Origin: the human T2T-CHM13v2.0 reference genome, Homo sapiens
Length of the DNA: 64,000 bases
Reading direction: 5' to 3' (one strand)
Assembly: GCF_009914755.1 (NCBI RefSeq)
Contig: NC_060927.1
Below, one piece after another: positions 11,526 through 22,529 of the stretch (position 1 is the stretch's first letter; the number at the start of each line of letters is the position of its first letter). Made by a program: the position numbers and the translations under genes. The notes beneath the pieces were generated by a model. The model searched no databases and had not been told where the DNA came from. It saw only the letters and a list, made by a program, of their open reading frames with translations.

Positions 11526-11949
11526 GGCTCCCAACCGCCAAGGCTCTTTTGTGTTGCGTGCGTGTTTGCTTTTTTATTCTCCTGTTTTGTATTCTGTTTG
11601 TTTTGTATTTTTATTTAATTTTCTTTTAAAAAAATACATGAAAGTAACGCCCACTTACTTATTAGAAAATAAAATTATCTAGATTTGCTTATAATGAAAG
11701 CAACAGGCCACTTCTCCCTCCCATCACAGCTCTTTTTAACAATTCCTCCGTTAATTTCTTCTAGTGGTCACCCGCTTGTCGCAAAAAAAAAAAATAAAAT
11801 AAAAAAATAAAAAAACTTACATAGCGATTTCTTGATTTATCCATTGACTTTCTGCCATGTTATATGAGGATCTACTCTCTTACTGCGCGGCCCCTGTTTC
11901 CTTCTGACAAATTTACACCTCTATTCTCAAGCCCTGCCCTGGTAAACGC

Positions 11950-12285
11950 CAGACCTCAAAGCAGGGAAGGATTTCTGGGGCCCGAAGCATACACAGTTGT
12001 GTGGGGAGAAGGAAGGGAGGGCTGCTTAAGAAAGAGAAGACAGAATTAGGGCTTGCCAGTGAACATTTATTTGGAATGAGAAAATAAATCTTAACAGAAT
12101 CCTGGGGTCTTAGAGATTGGGGTCCCTATCCCCTAAAACCTTCTTAGGAAATTTAGGTCCCAAATTTGCTTCCCTAACGCAGTCTGGCTTCCTCTGCCCA
12201 CCCAGAACTCTCCATAAGCCCCCAGGGCTCATGGGAGCCTTGCAGAGAGAGGCCTTGAAGGACAAGATTCACTAGATTCTGCCAA
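11950..12285. mobile_element. Probable hAT-Tip100-type DNA transposon relic
   Basis: 'ggggcccgaagcatacacagttgtgggg...aagaaagagaagacagaatt' and 'ggccttgaaggacaagattcactag' resemble Tip100-class ends; subfamily unsure. Confidence 0.4.
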
Positions 12286-12649
12286 TACAGTTTCCTAATG
12301 GAGTGAATTGGAGTGTGCGAAAAAGAGAGACATCAAGGATGATGTCAAGGTTTTTTGATTGCTGTACACTTAATTTCCAGCGTTTCCTAGACACAGGAAC
12401 ACAGCCTCATCTTAGTATGGAGAGTGTTTTATAAGCCTGTCCACATCACCAGAGCCTCACGGTGCACCCATGAAGTTGGCTGGACGGGTGCACTGTCCAC
12501 AGTTTTAGGAGGCCCATAAATTTGTCCCTTGTGTATTAGCACCGGGGGCATGCAACTTGCACCCAATAAGTACCCAGGTAAATGGTACTTCCCCACTCAG
12601 TCTGAAGACACAGTGTCCGTGCCCTCTCGGATCCCTTTTCTCTTACCTG

Positions 12650-12800
12650 TGGTGTAAAATGTGGCTCCAGAAGGTGATGTTGGACAAGTCTCTTTACTTC
12701 CCAAGCCTCACTTTCCTTTCGTATAATGGGAGGTAACAACCCCTACCGCACTGAGTTTTGGGGAGGATTAAGTGGCTTAACATCTTTGGATATTCTTTAA
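12650..12800 (+). mobile_element. MIR
   Basis: 'ttggacaagtctctttacttcccaagcctcactttcctttcgtataatggg...gaggattaagtgg'. Confidence 0.65.
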
Positions 12801-13087
12801 TTGATAAGTCAGCTTATTTCCCAGCAGGGTGGGAGGCTCATGAGAAAGCTTAGGGATTTCTGAGAATCTTGTGTAGCATGTAGTACCACAGGTTGATTAG
12901 AGGCCTTCGATTAAAATCGTGGGCTGAAGAGTCATTCTGGGTCAGGGCCCTAGGCCAGGGAGGGAGAAGCTGCACACAGAGAGCAGAGAAGAGGCTGGGC
13001 AATGACTTCCTCATGCAAGGGAAGCTTTCTCTGCCTGAGGTAGTGAAGACTAAAGCTTGGTCTAGGAGGAAGCCTGGTTTCCTAGGC

Positions 13088-13438
13088 AAGAAAAAAGGAA
13101 TGAATTAATGGCATTCACAGCAACTGGATGAGATTGGAGAGTGTTATTCTAAGTGAAGTAACTCGGGAATGGAAAACCAAACATGGTATATTCTCATAAG
13201 TGGGAGCTATGCTATGAGGATGCAAAGACATAAGAATGACACAGTGGACTTTGGGGACTCAGAGGGGAAGAATGGGAAGGGAGTGAGAGATAAAAGACTA
13301 CAAATTGGGTTCAGTGTATACTGCTCGGGTGATGGGTATACCAAAATCTTACAAATCTCCTCTAAGGAACTTACTCATGTAACCAAATACCACCAGTTCC
13401 CTAATAACCTATGGAAATAAAAATATTTTTTTAAAAAA
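13088..13438 (+). mobile_element. L1PB1-like 3' end (5' truncated)
   Basis: 'gcaaagacataagaatgacacagtggactttggggactc...gaacttactcatgtaaccaaataccacc...aacctatggaaataaaaa'. Confidence 0.9.
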
Positions 13439-13767
13439 GTAGCGTCCCCTTGTGCTGGAAGGTAAGAACCTCATATAATAGCCAAGCTTTACCTAACCTA
13501 AGCGGTGAAGACGCAATGGCTGAGAAATCCATTTTGGAGAGGCAACTACCTCCTAATTTTTTAGAAGGAGGAATACCTAAATGCAAGTCTTGTATTTGCT
13601 TAAGCTCACAAAAAGACTACTGGATTATGGGTATAATGGGAATAATATTTTCAGATCTCTCCTTTATTGGTAAGTTTCATTTCTCCTGGATCCTATCTGC
13701 CATTATGGCTCAAGGAAGGTGGCCACCTAATGCCACCTCAGGAAGGAGGAAGATTTTACATAGAGGA

Positions 13768-14020
13768 TGTCTCAGCTTGAGTGCCTCAGAACCAGATCCT
13801 GAGGTAAGAATTAATGCAAGTAGTTATTTGAGAGGTACATGGAACACCAGCAGAGTAATGAAGAAGCAATACAGGGAAGAAAAGGGGAGCTCAATAAAAG
13901 ATTAAGCCAGCTACTATAATAGATGTTTAGGGCTTAATCCTAGGGGAAAACCCTAGAAAACTGTGTGAAGAGCATGCCTTGGAATCATCCCACCCAAGGC
14001 TGCAGGAGACAGGTCTCTAC
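13768..14020 (-). mobile_element. LTR16-family LTR fragment
   Basis: 'tgtctcagcttgagtgcctcagaaccagatcctgaggtaagaattaatgcaagtagttatttg' matches the reverse of the LTR16 3' end. Confidence 0.65.
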
Positions 14021-14474
14021 AGGGAAAAAAGCTGGAACTGACCACTTAGCTCATATTTTTGAACATTTAAAACATTATTTCTAGGCATAAAAATGTCATT
14101 ACTAAAATGAGATCTGGCTACAGTATAACACTATTCTGCAGTTTCCTTCTATCACTTAACAGTGTGCTGATGAAGTTTCAGGAGGAACTCTTTGGGCAGT
14201 AAGCAATGTGCAGATGGCTGAGAGTCACAGTCCTGGGATGGACCTGAGGCCATTCTGGAAAGCTTGCTTGTGGATGGATTGTGATGAGGCCGTAGACTGG
14301 GGCAGCCTCTGTATTTGGATGAACCTATTCTAACCTTGACTTCTGACCTGTCGCTGAGGAAAAGCAAGCTTTGAGTGGGTAAAAGTAAAATGTAAAAGGG
14401 AGACTGGTGGACTTTTCAAATGACCAAAGAGGGCAAACTTTTCAGTCACTGCAACTACTTCAGCAGATGGGCAT

Positions 14475-14752
14475 TTTCTTTTCTTTTCTTTGAGATGAAA
14501 TTTCACTTTTGTAGCCCAGGCTGGAGGGCAGTGGCGTGCAACCTCCGCCTCCCAGGTTCAAGTGATTTTCCTGCCTCAGCTTCCCAAGTAGCTGGGATTA
14601 CAAGCGCTCGCCACCACGCCCAGCTAATGTTTGTATTTTTAGAAGAGACAAGGTTTCACCATGTTGGCCAGGCTGGTCCTGACCTCAGGTGATCCACCCG
14701 CCTTGGCCTCCTAAAGTGCTGGGATTACAGGCATGAGCCACCGTGCCCGGCC
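14475..14752 (-). mobile_element. AluS with two short internal deletions
   Basis: Antisense Alu ending 'gagccaccgtgcccggcc'; 'cctgacctcaggtgatccacc'; TSD-like ggcattttctt / ggtgttttctt. Confidence 0.95.
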
Positions 14753-14869
14753 AGGTGTTTTCTTACAAACAGTGAACAGATAGTGCTCATGCCAGATCTT
14801 TCTTATACAAGCATCAAAGCAGGTCCTCACTAGAAAACCTTCACTTTGTCAATTTGGCTTCATGGCTAT

Positions 14870-15412
14870 ACTTACTATTGAGCTAAAATTATCCTTTTAA
14901 AACGTGAATCAGTTTATAACACTCCTCTGCTCAAAAGTTTCCAGTGGCTTCCACCACAATTAGGGTAAAATCTCAAGTCCTCCCCCTGGTGTGCAAGGCC
15001 CTCAAGGATCTGCCCTGACAAGTGCTCCAGCTGTCAGCCATTCTCATCTCTGGTTTCCTTGACTCTGTTGCTGTTCCTTGGACACACTGGGCCTATTTGC
15101 ACCTAGAACCATGGTGCTGCTGTCCTCATTGACCTAAATAACACACCGCCCACTCTTAGGATAACTTTCCCAATTCATTAGCTTTCTAGTAGACAGCTCC
15201 ACTTAACAAACAAAAATACTCCTGTACAACCCCTTTTGTAGTACTTACTACCTATCATTGGAGGATATTTTGCTCATTATCTGTCTCCCTCGCAGAAGTG
15301 TAGGGCCCAAGAGTGGCTGAATCTTTATACATTTTGTTCCCTGATATGTCCTCACACCCACAACAGTGCCTAGCACCTGATATTCAATAAATATCTGTTG
15401 AATGAATGAATG
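14870..15412 (+). mobile_element. L2a 3' region
   Basis: 'actcctctgctcaaaagtttccagtggcttcc' through the terminal 'caataaatatctgttgaatgaatgaatg'. Confidence 0.85.
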
Positions 15413-16597
15413 CATTGAATTGAGCAAATGAAAAATATATTCAGTACACATACAGATAAAAATATTCTAGAATGCAGACTTTCAACTAATCTTGGTTAGG
15501 TTCCTCTCAAACTGAAAAAAATTGTTAGAACACAGAAAAATAAAATGAAATGGCTGAGCTGTATTATGTAATCTGATTTATAATTACAGGTTGAGTATTA
15601 GACTGAGAACTTTTGCTTTTTTATATTTCACCCAATGTCTATGTTAAATGTTTAAGCAAAGGTTAGCTTGAGAGGCTACATACTCATTTAAAAGTAGTAA
15701 AAAGAAACAAGGTTCTCCTAGTCACTTTAATAATTCAGAATAGTATTCTGTGGCTTCTGTTGGCATTTGAGACCCCAAGATGGCAACTGGTTACCTGAAA
15801 ATAAAGGCCTTGATCAAATATTTAACATCTCACTTATTTTCATTTTCTGCATATTTTGTATTCCTGATTCTCACTTTTTTTTTTTACCCATTCTGCAGTC
15901 ACACAATTCACACACTGAAGTTAATAGAAATGTTCCATGGATTATTAAATGCAGCTAAGCAATGAGTTTTTGCTAGAAAATAAGGCCAAACTGGGGCCAC
16001 TTTGCTATTCTAACAAAGTAATTTTTCCTTGAAGGTACAGACTATGAATTTACAGAAGCCTCTACCCTTTATTCTGAAGTTTTGTAAGGCAAATACATTG
16101 CTGCAGGAGAGAATTTAAAGTGGAAAACAGATTCCCCCTGAAAACATGTTTTATGGTGGCACAATTAAGAAGTCTTATAATCAAGAACAGTTGAAAGCAC
16201 AGAATTATAAGTGGACCTTTATAATTATGGCAAGAAGACACTAAATAGTGCCTGTTTGCTAATGAAAACATTGCACTCTGGTGCCAAAAGCAGTGGAGTG
16301 GGTTTTGGTTGGTGCTTACCTGGGTTAATTGCCCAAGGAGTGCTCCAGTAGCAGCATCCCAGTGCTGTCAGCTGCCGTTCCTAATGGAGCTTTTATATTT
16401 TACCCCTATTGCTAAAACCCTAATCCAGGCTTTGATGTCCATTTGGGCCTACTTGGTACAAAGAGGGCCTTCTGGAGGTGGTCAAAGTCATAATGGAAAA
16501 CACTTTAGGAATAACCCATCCTTTTGTGATCAGTAGAGAGTACCCAGAGAGGTTAGAGGATTTTCTCGAGATCACGCCTGACCAGTGGTGGGTTTGG

Positions 16598-17100
16598 AGT
16601 ATTAGTCAGGACTTTTTTGTTAGAAGCAATTGAAACAGTCTCTGTGACCCAGTAGATGGGAGTTTATTGGCAGGATTGGGCCTTCAGAACTTACAGAAAG
16701 TTTGGAGATCCAGGCTTAGAAACGGATAGGGAGAAAGTAGCTCTGAAAAGCTAGAAAGTGAAAACCCTGGGAATAATCTCTTAGTAGAAATGGTCTGGTC
16801 AGGAAGCTGCTGCAGAGATAGATGATTAAACTCTAGACACTTTCTATGCCCTTGTTTCACTTGCACACTAGCCAAAGTCTTGGGAGAGGCCCTCAGATTG
16901 GCCAACATTAGTATACACTCTCCTATTTGTCCTGGGAAAGGTGTTGGCAAACTCCTTCAACTGCAGAAGTTGAAAGGAAAGCATCTGAATTTACTCTCCT
17001 ACTAAGACTCTCATAGTGGAGAGGGGCAATTTCCCAAACGGAAACCCAAAGAATGCTGTTAGGAGGAAGGCAGGGATGCAGAGAAGCTAGAGTACAATGA
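16598..17100 (-). mobile_element. MLT1K/L-like MaLR LTR
   Basis: Starts 'gtattagtcaggacttttttgttagaagcaattgaaac'; ends 'atttcccaaacggaaaccc...ggcagggatgcag'. Confidence 0.65.
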
Positions 17101-17139
17101 AGCCCCAATTCAGTTTAGAGCGGTAGACTCCTGTGCAGC

Positions 17140-17501
17140 TAGAGATGGCCACAAGAAGCAAACAGGAGTCCACCTGGGATTAGTAGGAAGATTTTGCTTT
17201 GCAAGCTTTCTGTCCCTCTCCTCCTTTTTCCTTTTGGCTTAGAATGTGGGTATAAGCCCAGAGGCCAAGGAGCCATTATGAATCTTAGAAGTGAACTCCA
17301 AGCGTGAACTCCAAAGCCACCTACTAAAGATGGCTGAATGAATGAATAGGAGTCTGACATGTTAAATACACCGTGGAGCTGCTGTACCAGCTCTGAACTG
17401 CCTACTTCCAGCCTTCTTATTTTATAAGAAAATTAAAAAACCTATCTGGCCACACCACTGTAGTTATCAGTAACTTTCAGCCTAGCACAGTCTGATAATA
17501 C
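17140..17501 (+). mobile_element. MLT1J-like MaLR LTR
   Basis: 'ggagctgctgtaccagctctgaactgcctacttccagccttctt...tgataataca' terminus. Confidence 0.65.
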
Positions 17502-17609
17502 AAATTAGTCCTAGGATTCTGGTCTCTCAATCTCCTATGCAGCACCATTCCTGTTCTGCTTACAAAGACATGGTTCCTGCCTTCAAGGAGCTTATGGTTG
17601 AATTGAGGT

Positions 17610-18195
17610 TATATTAGTCTGGGTTCTTCAGGGAAACAGAACCAATAGGATGGATAGATAGATAGATGATAGATAGATAGATAGATAGACGAGGACATTT
17701 ATTAAGGGAATTAGCTCACATAATTATGGAGGCTAAGAAATCCCACATCTGCCATCTGCAAGCTGGAGAGCCAGGAAAGCCCATGGTGTAATTCAGTCTG
17801 AGTCCAAAGACCTGAAAACCAGGGCAGCTGATGGTGTAACTTCAGGTTTGAAGCTGAAGGCCTGAAAACTGGGGCAGGCAGGAGAGATGCTAGTGTAAGT
17901 TTCTAAAGGTCCAAGAATCAGAAACTCTGATGTCTGAGGGCAGGAGAAGATGGATGTCCCAGCTCAAGAAGAGAGATAATTTGCCCTTCCTCTGGATTTT
18001 TGGTCTGTTCCAGCCCTCAGTAGATTAGAGGATACTCACCCACATTCACGAGGGTGATTTCTTTACTCAGTCTACTGATTCAAATGATAGTCTTTTCCAG
18101 AAACACCCTCACATATGCACCCAGAAATAATGTTTTACCAGCTATCTGGGCATCCCTTAGCCCAGTCAAGTTGACACATAAAATTAATCATCATA
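17610..18195 (-). mobile_element. MLT2B-type (ERVL) solo LTR
   Basis: Ends 'tatattagtctgggttcttcagggaaacagaaccaatagga' and 'cccagtcaagttgacacataaaattaatcatcata'; 5-bp TSD gaggt/gagat. Confidence 0.9.
17653..17687. repeat. (GATA)3 GAT (GATA)5 tetranucleotide STR inside MLT2
   Basis: Directly visible. Confidence 0.95.
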
Positions 18196-18329
18196 GAGAT
18201 TAAAATCATACTCAAGCAACAAGAGAGCAAGAAAGTGTGAGGTATAATATATTCTGAACTGCAAGGAGCACACTACATCAAAGACAGAGTGCAAAGGAGG
18301 TCCTTGCCTAGGCCCTAATCGCTTCCTCT

Positions 18330-18752
18330 GGCCTCTGTGATTTGTCTGTTATTGCCATTCTCTTCTGTATCTTTACGTTCTCCTCTTCTGTGCTCTCTTC
18401 TCTTAGCTTATACGAGGGCCAAGTCTCCCCTATCCTCAAAGACTCTTCCCTTTATCTAATGACATCTCTAACAACAAATCTCTTGCCTTCTCTTCTTATT
18501 CAGATCTCTCAAAGGAATGGTCTTCCCGCACTTTCCCTCGTCTTTAATCTTCAACCCAGAGCATCTAGCTTCTGTTTTTACCTCCACACTGAAACCACTT
18601 TTTCTGATTGCTAATTCCTATAGGTAAATATTTGTCCTCATTTTACTGGACCTGTTGGTCACATTGGATGATATTGGCTATTGCCTTCATAGAAACCTCT
18701 CCTCCCTTATCTCTGTGACCTCACATTCTCCTGGTTCTCTTCTTACCTCTTG
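18330..18752 (+). mobile_element. L2 (ORF2-region) fragment
   Basis: 'acctccacactgaaaccact...tcctcattttactggacctgttggtcacattgg...acattctcctggttctcttcttacctct'. Confidence 0.7.
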
Positions 18753-18899
18753 GAGTGTGCATACTTTCTTGTCAGGACTGTTAATCAAAACATCAGACCC
18801 TGCCAAGCTAGTGGGAGAACACTGTATCTCTCCTTAGAAATTGAATCATGAACAAATAAACTCTGACACTAAAAATCGTGGTGTTCATCCATTTTCACA

Positions 18900-19084
18900 G
18901 TGGTGCCCTGGTGGAATTGTTGAAAAAGAGCTCCTGCCACACAGGGCACCAGAGCTTCCAGGCTTCTCTCTGCTCCCCTGCCTGGTTCTTCAGCTCCCCA
19001 GTGGCCTTCCTGCAAATCTTCTTTTCTTTTACATTAGCCAGAGTCAGTTTCTGTTGCTATGTCCAAAGAAGTCTTCGTGATACC
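18900..19084 (+). mobile_element. MLT1 LTR 3' fragment
   Basis: 'tagccagagtcagtttctgttgctatgtccaaagaagtcttcgtgatac'. Confidence 0.55.
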
Positions 19085-19619
19085 TTGATGCATGCTCAGC
19101 TTTCTAAATACACATGTACTGAGCAGGCTGTGAGTCCTGGTTTGTAACTGTGTACCCCGGGAGCTTGCCCATCAAAGCTCACATCAAATATCACCTGCTC
19201 CTCCTTACAGCCTTCCCTACTCTATGTTCCTGTGGCAAAACCATGTTGATCTTTACTGCCTCAGCAAGGCCCTGATCTGCAATGGTCCTCTATGGTCTCA
19301 CTGGCCCTTTCATATTTGTCTCTAATGCTCACAGCCAGAATTGTGTGGCCACATTCAGTCTGCCCAGCTGGTCTAGTAGGGCCACAGGGCCATATCCTGA
19401 TCTTTCCTACTAACCTAGTGTCTCTTAACTGGTGCTGTCCTGCTTCAGATGGTAACTTTACAAAGAGAGGACAGGACTTCTTAGGCAAAGTTAGATCCCG
19501 TAACTTTGATCTGCCTTCGGAGAAGGAGCTGGCAAGAAACATTACCCACTCTCAAACTTCAGAGCTCTTGGCATGAGAGGAGCCCATTCCTTCTTTCCTT
19601 CTTCCCACTTTTCCTCCTG

Positions 19620-19986
19620 TGTTCCGTGCCTGTTTGTTTCTTCAGGAAGCAGCTGCTGAGATGGAGTTAAAGGTGCAAAGGGTTTACAAGGACAAACACC
19701 TGTAAAAGAAAAAGGGCAGAAGCAGGATTGGACAGAAGAGATGTCAGACTATGATGCAGACCCATGAGAGGAGTCCTGTGTTGAGCAGAAATGGCCGGGC
19801 TTCTGTGCCTTCCCTTCGCTTCGTCACTAGCTGGCCAAAGAACAGAATGGCCTTGGCTTGAAAACTTGAGGCAGACCCTGGAGAAGCTAACAGCTGAAGA
19901 CTGTCAGAAAACTGCACTCCTCACACCCGGGAAGCAAGTCCTTTCTGAAGGCAGATTTGAGCAGTACATCTCCCTGTCAGCCATAC
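19620..19986 (-). mobile_element. LTR33-family (ERVL) LTR
   Basis: 'ggaagcagctgctgagatggagttaaaggtgcaaagggttta...gaagcaggattgg...gaggcagaccctggagaagctaacagctgaagactgtc'. Confidence 0.65.
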
Positions 19987-21139
19987 CTTCTACCAACCAG
20001 TAGTTGTTGACAGGAGCCCATGGGGTGCCCTAGGTCCCCTGCACAGGTTTCACAGCTATGTGCCAAACTTTCTAACAAAGTGGGGCAGTTTAGGGTGATA
20101 TCTATAGTGAGGAACAGGTTTTGTCCATATTCCAGAATCTAAAATAATAGCCAGACATGAAGGCTTCATCACTGAGTTCTTGTTCCTAGTAACAAAGACT
20201 GAGCTGCGAACCCTGGCTCTGTCTCCTTCCTCCACCCACCGGGCCCTGCCCTGTGCACTTGCCTGCACTCTGTGTGCTGTGATGTCTGGACCAGTGCTGT
20301 GCTCAGGGTACTCACTGGCTGGACGAGTGAGGGAATGGATGAATTATAGAATGAGTGAAGGAAAGAATGAAAGAATGCAAGAATCATGAGAAAAGAACAA
20401 ATTGAATAAAGACACTTCAGCAACAAATCAACCAGTTGAGTCATTTAGGGACTAGATGATCATGTCTACCCCCCAGGGATTCCTTGAAAAATCACTTGAC
20501 TGCTTCATTCAGTGGCAAAAGCACTGCTTTCTTTTTTGCATGTTCCTTAGTGATGATAGCTACTCTTCTAGTCTCATCCTGAAATTTTTTGGTTAAGTTG
20601 CCATTCTTCTCTTGAAGGCAGCTTTGCTAATGGCACGGAAAGACCAGATTGTCTGTGAAGGCTGTGTGTCTCTCTGGATCTCAGACCAAAAGGTGGTAAT
20701 TGGCTGCATTCCCCCCAAGCATTCCTTCTGTCAGTCTTTATTGCTTCATGCTTTGCCCAGATGGCACCTGAGCCTCAAGCCTCCAGTTGTGGCTGAGGTT
20801 GGTTAGAACCCAGTGGCCCTTGAGAGGAGAAGAGCAGGCTGAATGCTTCCTTCCATGTGGTCCTGTAATGACTTAGATCCATGCATTAACTGGCCTGCCT
20901 TTCCTTGGGCAGCTCCAGAGCCCATGACTGGGACTGATTCTGACAGCCTGCCCCATCAACAGAGCATGCTGCTGAAATACACCCTAGAGGAGGAGATAAT
21001 TTTCCCAAGATCATTTTCAGAAAGGACAAGTGAAATTTCACACGAATGCTTGGTCAACACTTTCCTATTATTTTTCTTCCGAGAAGAGGAAGTATGAAGT
21101 GTATTAGTAACTGCTTATACATTTGAATTTTTACATATA

Positions 21140-21550
21140 TTGAGTCAGTCACCTTAGGTTAAGTTACACTGTGGTAACAAGCAACCTCCACATCTCAATG
21201 GCTTAGAAAAATGAAGGTCTATTTCTTGCCAGGCCACATTTCTATCATGGGCCAACTGTTACTTTGCTCACTCCCTATTTATACACTGATCTTCTTGGAG
21301 ACATTGCCTTATGGCAGAGGGAAGAAAGGGACATGGAAAACTATGGCTTGCTCCTACCACTTTTGTGCAGAAGTGACATGTCGTTTTCCTCTATGTTTTA
21401 TAAGCAAGTCATATACCACTTTTAGGTTCAATAAGCTAAGCATGTATAGTCCCTCTGCCAACACAGGTCACAGGGCCAAGTCTGATGTCAGTGGGGTGAG
21501 AAAGTAGTATCCCCTCCCAGGGAAAGCTAATGTTTTGAATCATAATGTAC
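21140..21550 (-). mobile_element. MLT1I/J-like MaLR LTR
   Basis: 'ttacactgtggtaacaagcaacctccacatctcaatggcttag...gaagtgacatgtc...ggccaagtctgatgtcagtgggg'. Confidence 0.7.
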
Positions 21551-21669
21551 TGAAGCACTTACATTTACAATGAGGAGTCAGGTGAGGAAATTCAGATGAT
21601 CTTGTGAGCTTTCATGTATGTGCAAGGCTCTGCACCTGCAGATGAAGTAGAGGACGGGCATCTCCACAA

Positions 21670-21850
21670 GCAGCATTATTTAGTGGCTCAGGGCCTAAGG
21701 TCTAGTTTGATTTCCACCTCTGCTTGTGTGACCTTGAGTAAATTGCCTAACCTTTCTGAACCTCTAAATGGGCATATTAATATCTCCCTATTAGGGCTAT
21801 TGTGAAGATTAAGTCAGAGATCTAGCAGGTGCATAATACATTGGAGATTT
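21670..21850 (+). mobile_element. MIR
   Basis: 'tgtgtgaccttgagtaaattgcctaacctttctgaacctc'. Confidence 0.7.
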
Positions 21851-22442
21851 TATTATGATAAAGTAGTCATGCTTGCTGTGGACAATTTGGAAAATTCAGA
21901 AAAATAGGAAGAAATAAATAACACTAAACAATTTCTTGCCAACCAAAGACAACCAGTGCTAAAACTTTCGCATATTTCCTTCAAAAGATAAAAGTATGCT
22001 ATTTTTTAAAGCTGCAGCTGTTTCTGCATTTGGGCAGAAGGACAAAGAAAACATTTGTTTGGGAAGACACCTTAATGGGCTTATTAGCTCCCCTCCCTTG
22101 CTCTCCTTGGCTAGTCTGGATGGGAAACTTTGAAACAAAAGTTTTCTAAATTGTCTGTATCAAATCACACAGAAGTTTTTTAGTCCTTTGTTGACAGCAG
22201 AGAAGGAAAGTTCCATTGTTGGGATCCTAGAAATTGGAAAAGAAAATATGTGAACATGTTGGGAAGCCTAAGAGATTGTCTAAAATAGAGTTACACAAAC
22301 GGAGAAAGTGAGGGATATAGAGAGAGGGGAGCTGGCAGAGATAAAGACAGAGAGGGATGGAGAGGAAGGGACACAGAGAGGGACACTCCAATGGCAGAGA
22401 TAAACAGGAATGTGCATATGTGCTCATGTGCATGCATGCACT

Positions 22443-22478
22443 CACACACAGACACACACACATACACACAACACACAC

Positions 22479-22527
<49 letters not shown>
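22443..22527. repeat. Long (CA)n microsatellite with a pure (CA)23 run
   Basis: Directly visible; the uninterrupted run spans 22481-22527. Confidence 0.97.

Positions 22528-22529
<2 letters not shown>

Larger units (their letters stand above)
10850..11560. promoter_or_regulatory. CpG island promoter
   Basis: About 700 bp that is strongly GC-rich with dense CpG, set against a CpG-depleted background. Confidence 0.92.

Noticed and set aside
10773-11534. GC-rich ORFs over the CpG island (79-125 aa)
   Set aside because: Non-ATG starts, low-complexity G/P/R/A composition, and stop scarcity expected from high GC; no recognisable domain.
13450-13905. 151-aa plus-strand ORF
   Set aside because: TTG start, runs into an LTR16 relic, no recognisable homology.
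14420-14692. Alu-derived ORFs (also at 2447, 46805, 50891, 58695, 58768)
   Set aside because: Typical Alu translation products, not genes.
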